A stretch of 34,128 nt of DNA from Pelomyxa schiedti (GCA_020536535.1 JAHLWZ010000686.1:1-34128), one strand, 5' to 3'. Counted from the first letter of the stretch, positions 1 to 11,797 are shown. Notes: a model not told the origin generated them from the sequence alone. Made by a program: numbers and translations.

Positions 1-106
<106 letters not shown>

Positions 107-166
107 CTTGTTGTGTTGTGTTTGTTGTATTGGCTGTATTGTGACGACGTGACGGGGCACTGGCAG

Positions 167-2760
167 TTGTTGCAGTGGAGATAAGGGCAAGGCAGCTGGT
201 TGCGAGGCAGCGTGAACTGACAGAGCAATTGGCTCAGCTCACTGCCGAGAAGAACGCACATGTACGCGAGCAAATCTACCAGCAGCAACAACAGTTGGCA
301 GCTTCGCGACGTATTGGGAGCCTAGACCCTGTTCAGAAAGCGTGTGTACCGAGATGACTTGTTTTTTTTTTTTTCCCTTTTGGGAATATCACCATTCTGT
401 ACTCAATGTGTTGCAGGGATTTGGAAAAACGGCAGGCAGAGCTGCTTGGATATCGGAAAATGAATTCTGACTTGGCTGTATCTGTTCAGGGACTGGCGCA
501 GAAAAACAAAGATTCGGCGGACACCTTAGCACAGATAGAAAAAAAGTATTGAATCCTGTTCGCCCCATCTTTTACACCATGCCAGCATTGAGGAAATGAA
601 AATGCAGAAACTTGCAGAAACCCAGTTCCACTTTCTCGCCAAACAGGACCTTCAACTGGCTGAGGGGGAAGAAAAATTGTTAATTCAAGAGAGGGACAAT
701 ATGAGGGTATTGATTTCTTCTTTCCTAGCTTTGCTGACAAGATTCTGAAGGAAGAGAACTCTAGCCTCGAATCAACGATACTTTCTCTCTCAACGGAAAA
801 TGTTGCTGTAATGTTTTGTGCTTTGGTTACTGAATGTCTGAACAAATCTTAGATAAGACAACGCTTGCCTTCCCTTAAATCCAACCCACCAAATGGAATT
901 GCCACGCCACCAAGTTTACCTGTCAATAAACTCACAATACCAACATCCCAGAAAACATTGAACCAGTATGATCTTTTACTGATCAGCCAGCGGCTGGTAC
1001 CAACAGTTTCATTTTTACATCAATTAAAATTATTGATCAGGAATCGCTTCGGAAACTGCATTTAGAACCTACCATTCCAAAACTGCCATCCCCTGAATCT
1101 CATATTTCCACTGCTCCAAATGCGTCCGCTCCGAGTACCACTATTCAGACAACGGCACCAACTCTCAATCCTAATACACTTGGCAGTACAGCCACCTCAC
1201 CCGCAAGCATTTCAACTTCAACACCTAGTTCTAGCATGCCCCCCACAACACCAACTGTAAATACTCCAAATGCCGAACTGCAAAATCCACACAAAATAGA
1301 TGTGCATCCCCACATAAATGTAACAGTACCAGAGGCCCCCGCAAAACAAGTTGCACCAGTTCATCTTCTAAAGCCTGTATTGCACCAAGGCCGATTAGAA
1401 TTCTCTTCCAAAAGGTTGTTGTGTATTTCTTATTTGAAACTTAACGTTTAATTTTTTTCAGAGTAGCAGTTGCAGATGTCCCTTGCATTCCCAAAGTTCT
1501 ACTGGAAGGACACCTGGGGAATATTCGATCGCTTGTATATAGCCGAAATGGGGAATTCCTGGTATCAGGAAGTGTCGATAAAACTATCTCTCTGTGGCCA
1601 CTCAATAGTACTACTAAACTTTCTATTCGTCTTTGATAAGATAAAAATAGAGTACCCAAGCGGTGAAATTTCCCGCGTTAAGACTCTGACGGGAACACTT
1701 AATTCCATAAATGGAGTGGAAATATCTGCTGACAACACTCACGTACTTGGTTGCTCTAACGATAAGTCTGTCAGGTTGTGGTCTCTAACATCTGAAAAAA
1801 CCTCTCCTGCGGTAATAAAATTCTTTTTCCCTCTAGCGCCCTTATACAGTTCTAGGCTACATTTTGCGGGCACATGGGGAAAGTTTATCAGTCCATTTTC
1901 ACGCGAAACAGGAACATTTTTGTAAGTGGGGATAGCGAAGGTACCAGTAAAGTCTGGGATATTGAAACACGCCGCTGTATCTCCACAGCAATATGGAGTT
2001 CCGCTGTTATAGGACAATGTTGCATTCAGGAAGAACCAAGATTAATCCTTTCTGTGCATGAAGATAAGTGCTTGAGGCGGTGGGACATTTCCAACGGCAA
2101 ATGTATCTTTCCGTACTTAGTAATTAGAATATTTTCCTAAGAAAAAACGTAGGTGTCAATGAATCATTTCTCCCTGAAACTCCGCTCTCTGTCTGTGTTT
2201 CACCGAGTTATTCCTAAAATTAAGCTGCTAAATACTGATTCTTAATAGATGGAAACCACGCTCTCGCAGCGTGTCTCAATGATACTGTTCTAATGATAGA
2301 CCTGCAAAATTCTGAAAGCAAGCCCATAGCATTCAAGTATCTGCATTACGTAATGTATCTTCCGCTAACACCAGCAAGACACCCCGAACTACACCGCCCT
2401 CGATCCGTTTGCTGCAGGTATCCCTTTGTTAATAAAAATGCTCGAACCCTACTACATTACAACACACAGCCCGAGCGGGCAGTGTATCTGCACAATGTCC
2501 CAGAACGGTTCTTTATTTTTCTGGGACGTTGCCTCAGGCGAGTTTGTTGGATTGGCTCCCGTGGATCCTCCATTGTACCTCTCTCTGCCTCTCTTTTTGT
2601 TTCTTTTACCAACATCATTGTGATTTCCAGGACTCAAGCGGGTATTGTGAGCTGGAATCCCCACATCACCAACACCAACCACATGCCCCAGATAGCTTCC
2701 TCTTACAATAACGCAATCCTACTGTGGTCCCCTCAGCAACTACAAGTATCCTCAAATTAA
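167..2760 (+). CDS. ATG16: ATG16/TipD-like autophagy protein (coiled coil + Pro/Ser/Thr linker + WD40 propeller); multi-exon, 5' end lies outside the window
   Basis: Spliced translation gives an N-terminal coiled coil (RQRELTEQLAQL...LKEENSSLESTILSL), then WD40 repeats: EGHLGNIRSLVYSRNGEFLVSGSVDKTISLW, SADNTHVLGCSNDKSVRLW, GHMGKVYQSIF...GDSEGTSKVWDIETRRC, SVHEDKCLRRWD. This order matches ATG16L1. About 12 GT-AG introns; stop TAA at 2758-2760. Confidence 0.75.
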
Positions 2761-2863
2761 ATCCCCCACACCCAGCCAACCCAGACGCCCAGTCACCACC
2801 AGTTATGTAAAAAAACTAAAATAAACAATCATTTGCCAGGCACTTGGATTGATCATCGCAGCA

Positions 2864-3777
2864 ATGGGCAAGAAGAAGAGCAAGGGCACACTAGCCAGCG
2901 ACACACCCTCCTCGTCCAAAGCAAAAAAGAGCCACCAGCCGCAGCAGGGTGGGGGGCACGGGGAGGCAGCGACGGACGACGAGAGGGTGATCACGGGGCT
3001 GGGGTGCTACAACACGCCGCGGGTGGTGCAGGCCCTGGACGATCTGGTGCAGGACAGCCTGACTGGTGGGCCAGGGGCAGGAGGGGGGATGGGGTGGAGG
3101 GAGGACAACGGGGCGACCGACGCGTGCCTGGGGCTGGGCGCCGTGTCGGTGTTGCTGGCCGTGGCCAGCCACTACTACCCAGCAAAGTACCCCGACATAG
3201 TCCCTGCTCTCATATTCTTTGTGGCCGCGTGTGTCCCCTGCCTCAAGAAATTGATATTGCTGTAAACATTATCGTTATGTTGCTGGACATATGTGTATTG
3301 ATTTCTTTATTTATTTATTTATTATACAGAGACCTCCCCCATACAACTTGCCTTGTCTCATTGTTTTAGGTATCTTGTGTGCGTTGGGCTGGTGTACCTT
3401 ATATCGCGGTGTTACATAGGTGACGCTCTCCTTGTTTTCAAGGTATTGCTTCTATTTGGAACTGTGGATGGGTGAATTGATTGAATCTAACAACTTGCAG
3501 GGAGTAGGACCTCTGAAAAAGGTACCCTTGTAGTTACCGTACAGTTCATTCTCCCATTTAACATCACCAACAGGCAGCCGCTGTTTCTACTTCCATGTCA
3601 AACTATAGCCCCGATTACACAATAGAGTTCTATTACACAAGCCAACCGAAAAAACGATACGCACAAACGTGCAGCATCACAGACTGGGTCGATGAATCAG
3701 GCACCCTCCACAAAATCCCCTTCAAAAAATTCGTGCAGAAATGTGCTGCAGAATTCCTCGCGGAAAAAGAGAACTGA
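2864..3777 (+). CDS. SPCS2: Signal peptidase complex subunit 2 (SPC25 family); 4 exons
   Basis: VVQALDD motif, two hydrophobic segments (LGLGAVSVLLAVASHYYP; ALIFFVAAYLVCVGLVYLI), and a C-terminal YSPDYTIEF...SITDWVDESGTL region typical of SPC25. Three GT-AG introns keep the frame. Confidence 0.88.
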
Positions 3778-3828
3778 AAACTGATGTTCTTTTTTTTTTT
3801 TGCAAAGTTTTGGAGACAAAAGCATAGT

Positions 3829-5358
3829 TCAGGACTTTGATGTGGTTGTGGTCTTTGTGAGCCTACGGGGTCCCTTACCCGGGGCACTGGGTTTGGTGAA
3901 TGTGGCTTTTTTAGTAACTGGAGGTGGGTGCAGTTCATTAGCAATGACTTCGTCACTGAGCTCTGAGCCGGCGTTGACCTCAAGCTGCAAGAAAGGAGTT
4001 GAGTGGATTACATGCAGAGATAGAAAAACCAAACCTTGAGTGAGACCTTGACTCCGCAGGATTCCACAAGAGCCTCAGCACCTTGTTTGCTTGATGAATA
4101 AAGCATGCGCATTTTGACAGGAGCGGAGCGAGTTGAGCCGGAGCCATCTGGGCAGGAGTATACGTAGACTGTTTGTTGATTACGTTACTGTTAACTGAAT
4201 GCAGTGTTTTTGGGAAATACTTATGGAGTGGAACTGAGTATCTTCATGGGTGTGGTCCCACCTGAAAAAGTGGAAGGCCGGAACGTCGTTTGGTACACGT
4301 GAAGGAAGGTCCGAGAGAGTTATGTTCATTTTTTCCACCAGGATAATCAATTCTTTGTCCATGTCAATCGCCTGGTGAAATCAGTGGTTCAATGGGTGGT
4401 GAAATGTGTACCAGTCTGACGTAATTGACATCACCGCTATTGGAACATAGTTCGGAAACAGCTGACTGAGCTCCTGGATCAGCTTTAAAGGACACTCCAT
4501 GAACCATTGACGAGTTTGCACCGCCAGACATGCTGGCTTCAGTTGCACTCTGTGCAACCTAAAATTTTATTAGACGGTAATTACCGGCAATGGCGAGCAA
4601 GCAAACCTCGGCGTGCATGGCTTGCTCGGATTCTGTCAGAGGTGCTGCACTGAGCTTCATTCTAACGTAAGCTTCATATCCATTAAACGAAAAGTCACTC
4701 TAAATGCAATCCCTTAGGTGAATTCAGTTTAGGGGGTCTTTGAGTTCTTACCTTGACAGTTCCGAAAATTTCGTGCATGAACAGACCACCCCCAAGTCCC
4801 TGCTTCAGGTGCCCACGTGAGGAGGCGTATGTCATTTTATCTTTCACCTACAAACTTTCAAAAGGTTTGTATTTGCCTTAAAACGCAAACCTTTGATACA
4901 TCCGGTACATAGCACAGCATTAGCCATCGGTAACCATTCTCGTTCTTTTCGTCGTGCCTGAAAAGAATGACACAGGGATCCTTTGCGTCAAGGAAGTCCT
5001 CTACACGTACGAAATCTGTATTTGTTTTAACAATCACATAATGCAAGGCAACTACAGATAGTTTTGGAGACTAGGACTAGAGTCCAGTACCTTCCTCGAA
5101 AGCACCAACCGGGGCCATCGAATCCACGTCAATTAGTTCATCATTCTTGATTAGGACCTTGATGAGCCTCTTTGCCCCGGACGCGTGTGCCTCCCCAAAC
5201 GCGTGTCGTAGTTGCTCGCTAACTGCACGATACACACCCCACGTAAGTTATTGTTGCGTCAAAATTAGACCATCCATCACTTCACGCCACTAATATGACA
5301 TCACGACGGGGATCGCCGCGAGGGCTAAAGTACCTGGTATACCGCTGGCTGCGCTCAT
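3829..5358 (-). CDS. TWF: Twinfilin (two ADF-H domains + basic C-terminal tail); about 9 exons
   Basis: Starts MSAASGIPVSEQLRHAF. Contains WLMLCYVPDVSKVKDKMTYASSR, YVYSCPDGSG...APVKMRMLYSSSK, and the capping-protein-binding tail FTKPSAPGKGPRRL. Confidence 0.95.
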
Positions 5359-5450
5359 TCCCCTGCCTCCCTCAACACCCTTTCGGTCGTCTGGTTTTTG
5401 TTTTGTTTTGTTTTGTTTTTACAGAAAGGCGAAAAGTTGATCGTTGCGGC

Positions 5451-7796
5451 TCAGAAGCCCTCATCATCAGCGTGGGCAGATTCAGTGTGGAACATGACTG
5501 CGTCAGGGGATGGGAACGCCGCGTCGCACAGGGGGCACGTGTACACCACTCCCCGGCTCGTGCCCCCACCACTACTAGATGTTGTTGATGTTGATGATTT
5601 GGTGGCTGCTGCTGAAGGTGGTGGTGGGAGCCTGGTTGTGGATGACGATGAGGCACAGCTGCTGGTGTTGTTGGTTGTTGATGCTGATGATGATGATGGC
5701 GGGGGCCTGGACCCGCACGTGTCTATGTGGTGTTCTACTTCTGATATGTAGAGTATGCGGCCACAGAGGGGGCACTCCACCAGGTCTTGGTGCCCCCCCG
5801 CTTCCTCATCTTCTATTCCACTGAAGTCCCATTCTGGGGGTTGTTCTGCGTTATTGTTCCTGGGGTTACGGGGCATGTCATCCACACCGTCGAATATATC
5901 CCTGGTGCGGTTCCGGTTCCGCATGGAATCCGGGTCACATGTAAGGCCATGTGCTTGGTTGAAAGTGTCCATGTACCGCATGTGGTCCTGCAGCATTCTC
6001 ATGGTTGCCGTGGATTTTTTGGGGGGAGGGGGCGGCGTTGCCAATCCCTCAAGGCAACCACTTTCAATGTGCCATGGCATGTCTGTGTAGGATTAGAAAA
6101 AGCGGAGGGAGAATGTAATGGATTATGGAATACGTTGCAACAGCACTGACTGATGACAAAGTTCACAGTTGGTAGTTTTTGATCCACAGTACTTGGTGTG
6201 GTTTGGTAGATCTTTCACCAGAACCTTTTTTTTCAATGGTTATTCATACCATGGTTAATATTTGGTATTTACAGAGATATTGCAGAAAGGGCAAAGGTCA
6301 GGCCGCAGAGGACACTCGGTGGCTGAATGGGAACTTAGTTGGCAACTTTCTACTTGTTGACCGCACTTGCATGTAACCTAGGTGAAGCAGTTAACACAAG
6401 TTCCGCATATTCGGTATTACAGAATTGTGAGTTAGAGCGTGCGCAATCTCATCCACTTTCTTCACAATGGCACCACATTTCTCACATAGAGTGTTCAATC
6501 TCTCGCATCTCATTTTGTGCAATTCGAATTGCGGTTTTGGTACCGCAGAATGACTGGGTGATAGTAAATTCCAAATTAAATCTCACAATGGTTCTATTCA
6601 CACCAAAAAGGGCACGGTACTGCATCTTGTAGATCAGAAGCTTCCAACACTTGTTTATTTCCCTCTCCAATGAAGTCTTGATTAGAGGTAAGGTTCAGAA
6701 CAAGCCCAAATATTATTACTTGGGTGCATTTCTTCTTCTTTGGTGGTGGAGTCTTCGCAAGGCTGACTTATACTTGGAGTGGTATTTTCTAGTAACACAT
6801 TTAAGTCTGTGTCAACAACAACTACAGCCTTCGCTCCAGTTGGCTTCAATCCAACAACATTGAGCTCAAAAGGGTTGGATGAATCAGATGACTCACTGGT
6901 GCTTGTCGTATTGCATATACAAGTGATTGTTGTGCCAAGAGTGAGGGTTGTGAATGAACTTAGAATGTGCTCAAGTCTACCTAAATTTTAGAAAGACTCA
7001 CAACTTATGAAGAACGGCATACTCTGCTTTCACATTTCCTATTTTGGAAAAATTCTCATCCATTGGCCTGAAAGTAACTTCTGTGCCTGTTGGTAATACC
7101 TTGTGCCTGAATTCGACCATTTCCGATTCAGAGATGCAAAGAGTTTTCATCAACTGCATAGGTTGAGTAAGGCAGCAACACATTACAGGTACCCATGAAG
7201 GAAGAAGCACGTGGTCAGGGGGAGAAGTAAATTCAAGAACCCCACAATGCACAGAATGAGTTCGATCTATGCTGGTCATCTCAAACACATACGGGAACGC
7301 AATCCGATGGGAAGCTGTGGAAGTGGTCAACAAGCGAACAAAGCAGAAGTATGGCAAACCTAGCAGAGCGAGTATCTGCGGTGGCATTATCACTGCGTGA
7401 CACAGGACAAGTTATTCATTTTGCAACAACAAATTCCACAAACGGCAAACAGTAGCACACCCTTATCAGAATATTCAAATGCCACAGTGACTCCCGCGAA
7501 CCCATACGAGTTGGCCATGAGCTCGAAATCCAGTGGTCCCTCGTCCTCGTCGCTGCTCTCATCCTCGCCCCCCTCCCCTTATATTATCAGTAAGATAACC
7601 CCTCCACACATGTCAAGATATGAGATTGTGCACTCGGCACAGTGGCGCACGACAAGCCACGTAGCATACCACGCGCAGCCAACTCCCTGTCCAGCATTAT
7701 CGACTGTGCCATAAGTCTGTCCGCGTGTGCTCGCTCCGCGTCCAGCTTCGCCTCCCACTCCGCCGCTGTCATGCTCCACGACGAACGCCCCGCCAT
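5451..7796 (-). CDS. UFD1-domain protein with C-terminal TRAF-type and UBZ/C2H2 zinc fingers; about 11 exons
   Basis: UFD1 motifs SDKVIMPPQIL, HCGVLEFTSP, LLPSWLMKTL, LPTGTEVTFRP, LEHILSSFTTLTLG, VVDTDLNV. Followed by CPFC...HKMRC, CEKC...HALTH, CKCGQ...HSATECPLRPDLCPFC, HTKYCGSKTTNCELC, CPLC...HHIDTC and CPLC...HTESAH. This is a UFD1-like paralog architecture rather than canonical UFD1. Confidence 0.88.
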
Positions 7797-7858
7797 CGTG
7801 ACCTGACGCTGGGGTTTTCGTTTCAACCTTTCTCTGAACAGAAGATCAGAAAAACAGG

Positions 7859-9172
7859 ATGGGAGGGTTGAAGCCGTTGAAAACGACCGCGTCCACCAAC
7901 GGTACCACAACAACCAATACTAGTGCGAGTGGCACTACTTTGACTACTACGTCGTCTTCGCAACAGCAACCATTCGCGGCACCACCAGGGACCATCCCCC
8001 CACCGTCAGCTGCTGACCCCGGCACCTCCGCCAGAAACGTGGACATGCCCAAGTCCGTGGTGTGCGCGTCGTGTGGGCACCTCATCCTCCTCGGTGTCTC
8101 AATCGCATCCCCTGACGTGATCCTAATCGAGGGAATATCGTTCAGCATCCCTGTCGAGTGCCCCACGTGCGCCCGTGTCACAAGGGCATGTCACTTTGTT
8201 CTGCTCTATTGGCTCGTTGTATGCAAAGACTGACATATACACAGATCGAACACGTTGGGGTGAGCGACGTGAGGACAGCGCGCGTTGCGTATGACGCACC
8301 CAAGGTCAAAGTGTTCGAAGTTACTTCTCGTGTTGAGGCACACCCCAAAGCAGACCTATCGGTGACGGACCCTGGCTGGAAAGTAATCGGAGGGGCAGCC
8401 GCTGTATTTTTCTCCGCTTCACAGCCGGGTTCGCTGTTGACCAAGTCGGCTCCACTGCTTTCCGGGAACAGGTATGTGTACCGCTATCGGATACGAAGTT
8501 ACTTACTCTGAAACATACAAACTAGAGTCATTGGTTGGTCCGGGGCGGCCAAGGACCATGACTACAGCTGTCCACTTTCGATTACTGTGTATGCTTTTGC
8601 AATTCATGATCCCGACGATGTTTGGGACGTTATGTGTTGGAATTCTTCTTCTGCCAGAACAAGTCGCCCCTCCGCTACCGGTTTTTTCCCTTGACCAATC
8701 TTACTCTGACACTTCTGCAGTCTCTGTTGGGCCAGGGTACACTCTCACTGGCGGAGGTGCAGAGGTCCACTGGGAAATAGGCAACCTACTCACGAGTTGC
8801 TGTCCCTCTGGCGATGGTTCTTGGTCAGCATCAGCCAAAGACCACAATCACCATGACCCCTCAACCCTCACAGTGTATGCAATTGGTGTGGCACCAAAGC
8901 GAGGACAGCCGCCTCTCCGCATCAAAATTCAACAAGCCGAAGGCATGTGCGATGCTGCCAATCCAGGCAATAACGGGTGGAAGGCGGGCCGTGTTGTGCA
9001 AAGTGAAGGAGGAGTTGTCATTGGTGGTGGTGCTCAAGTTAATTACCAGGGACCCGGCTGCATGCTCTATTGCCTCAGGCCTATGCAGCATGGCTTTGAA
9101 GCTCGGGCCAAGGACCACGGTGTTGCTGATCACACCAGTGCCATCACTGTGTTTTGCATTTCTCTGCTCTGA
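7859..9172 (+). CDS. Uncharacterised protein, paralog A: Thr/Ser/Pro-rich N-terminus + CxxC-x(n)-CxxC zinc ribbon + three 'GGGA...KDH' repeats; 4 exons
   Basis: Introns at 8186-8244 (GC-AG), ~8472-8525 and ~8681-8720 give one continuous frame. Exon structure and sequence are conserved with the adjacent paralog, with synonymous-biased differences. Confidence 0.85.
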
Positions 9173-9241
9173 AACAAATAATCAATTCATCGTTCTGGTC
9201 TTTTTCCCAGTAAATTGGATTTGGCTTTTCAACAAACAAGG

Positions 9242-10613
9242 ATGGGGCGCCAGAAGCCGATAGCTCCTAGTGGTTCCGCGACCACAACGAACAGCACAAG
9301 CGCTGCATCAACTGCTTCTACTACTACTGCTTCGCCCCCGCAACAGCATCAGCAACCGTTCGCTGCGCCACCAGGGGCAATGCCACCAAACGGCGGCACC
9401 GCCAGCAACGTGGACATGCCCAAGGCCGTGGAGTGCGCGTCGTGTGGGCACCTCATCCGCCTCGGTGTCTCAATCGCATCCCCTGACAAGGTCCTGGTCG
9501 AGGGAATATCGTTCAGCGTCCCTGTCGAGTGTCCCACGTGCTCCCGCGTAACGAAGGTTCTCCCGCAAGTCACCGAGTCGCAAAAACCAAAGTTGGTAAT
9601 TGACTGTGCACACAGATTGAACACGTTGGAGTGAAGGACGTGAGGACAGCCCCCCGGGTTGCGCATGATGAGGCACCCAAGGTCAGAGTGTTTGAGGTTA
9701 CGTCGGGTGTGGAGGCACACCCGTCGGCTGACCTGCCAGTCACGGAGCCCGGCTGGAAAGTCATTGGCGGGGCAGCCGCTGTATTCTTTGCCCCACCACA
9801 ACCGGGTTCGTTGTTGACCAAGTCGGCTCCACTCCTTGAGGGTGACAGGTATATATATATCTCACATCCCAACACCAAGCAGCATACACTCACCCGCCAC
9901 AAAATACAAACAAGCACAACCAATTTATTTTCTCTGAAACAAACAAACAACAAACTAGAGTCATTGGTTGGTCCGGAGCGGCCAAGGACCATGACTACAG
10001 TTGCCCACTTTCAATTACTGTGTATGCTTTTGCAATTCATGATCCCGACGATATGTGGGATGTTATGTGTTGGGAAACCTCATCTGAAACATCGAACCGT
10101 CCCTCCGAATCCGGTATTTCCCCAACCACTCTTTCTATTCTCTACACTTACAATTCTGCAGTCTCTGTTGGGCCAGGGTACACTCTCACTGGCGGAGGTG
10201 CAGAGGTCCACTGGGAAATAGGCAACCTTCTCACGAGTTGTTACCCCTCTGGCGATGGTTCTTGGTCAGCATCATCCAAAGCTCACGTTCACCATGACCC
10301 CTCAACCCTCACAGTGTATGCGGTTGGTGTGGCACCAAAGCGAGGACAGCCACCTCTCCGCATCAAAATCCAGCAAGTTTCAAGCAACAGCGATGCTGCC
10401 AATCCCAGCTGCATCGGGTGGAAGGCAGCCCGCGCAATGCAATGTGAAGGGGGAGTTGTCATTGGTGGTGGTGCTCAAGTTAATTATTCAGGACCCGGCT
10501 GTATGTTGTACTGTCTCAGGCCACTCTCGAACGGCTTTGAAGGTCGTGCCAAGGATCATGGTGTTGTTGACTCCACCAGTTCCATCAATGTGTTTTGCAT
10601 TTCTATGCTCTGA
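9242..10613 (+). CDS. Uncharacterised protein, paralog B (tandem duplicate of 7859-9172); 4 exons
   Basis: Same architecture and intron positions (9557-9615, ~9849-9958, 10114-10161). Contains CASCGH...ECPTC and ends SSINVFCISML*. Confidence 0.85.
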
Positions 10614-10675
10614 AAGAATTTTGGATGGAAAAAATTATTTCTATTGCGTTTTCTCCGGAGGTATACATAGTTTCA

Positions 10676-11737
10676 TTATGACCTGCGTGTTGGGGAAGTG
10701 GTGTTGGTGGATGCTGAGGCAGAAGAAGTTGCAGGGGTTGCTGGTTGAGTTGGGGGATTTCTGGGCAGTTGTCTATTCACCATTGCCAGAGAGGCCTCTA
10801 CAGTCCGTCTCACACGGGCTGTGTATTCACCTCGATTGTATCTGTACAGTTTCTGGTTTTTGTAGTTAGATGTAGTTTAGCACTCTAAAATAATATATAT
10901 ATATATCAATTACCGCGGCATCTAAATTGGCAGGACTTTCTATATTTGGTTCTGTACTTGAAAGTGAATGAAAATTGAGGGTTGGTGAGAGACATGGCGC
11001 ACCTGAAAGCATAGAGATAACTGATACTAAAATCTTTTCGATAGATTGAACCGGTGTCCAGCGTTCCACACTCGATTCGTAGTGATTTGGGTCTTCCCCT
11101 GGTGGTGTGATAAGGGAGCAATACATGTTGGGTAAAGATATACCTGGAGGATGTAGTATTGATATACAAACTTCACCAGACGGGAATACTGCAAGGAAAA
11201 ACAAATTAACATTAGGTACTCCCGGCGTAAATAAGGATTACTATTTGGGTGGAACATTGGGCACTGAAACTTCCTAAATGGGATGAGCACATAGAATAGA
11301 AACAAGGGCCTATTACATTTTAGGCGGACTCAGTGGATAGTCAGAGGGAAACGTGAGTGTTGCAGTGAATGCCCCTCCACTGTAATCCGTGTCTGGCGGC
11401 CCACTAATCCGTTATTACATAGAATGATAAAGCGAAAGTGGAACAAGCAAAGTACATTATTACAGCCTGCCAAAGGAACATGTTGGAGTCGTTCACAGGA
11501 GCCGCTGCTGCCCCAGGAGGTGGGTCTGCAAGTATCCCTGTGTGCCACTATTATGGGAAAAATCTAAAGAAGGAACCCCACGTACTCTTGTATTCCACTT
11601 GTAGCCGTTTAATCGCCAACCTACAAGGAAACAAATAGAGAAACATGAGTGAGACTTCATAAACCCATAATACACTGCCACAAGCTCCACCAAGCCCAAA
11701 TTAGGTACGACACTCACGCAGCATCTCGTCGCATCAT
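10676..11737 (-). CDS. UBC7: Ubiquitin-conjugating enzyme E2 of the UBC7/UBE2G family; about 9 exons
   Basis: [33 protein letters not shown], active site [19 protein letters not shown] with the family-specific acidic loop [30 protein letters not shown], and [13 protein letters not shown]. Confidence 0.95.
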
Positions 11738-11797
11738 CACCCCAGCCTCGTTCTCGTTTTTTGAGTTTAATCAAAATTGTTTTTTTCGATAAACGCA

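Noticed and set aside
7859-7880. N-myristoylation of the tandem paralogs (both start MG)
   Set aside because: MGGLKP and MGRQKP have Pro rather than the favoured Ser/Thr at position 6, so support is insufficient.
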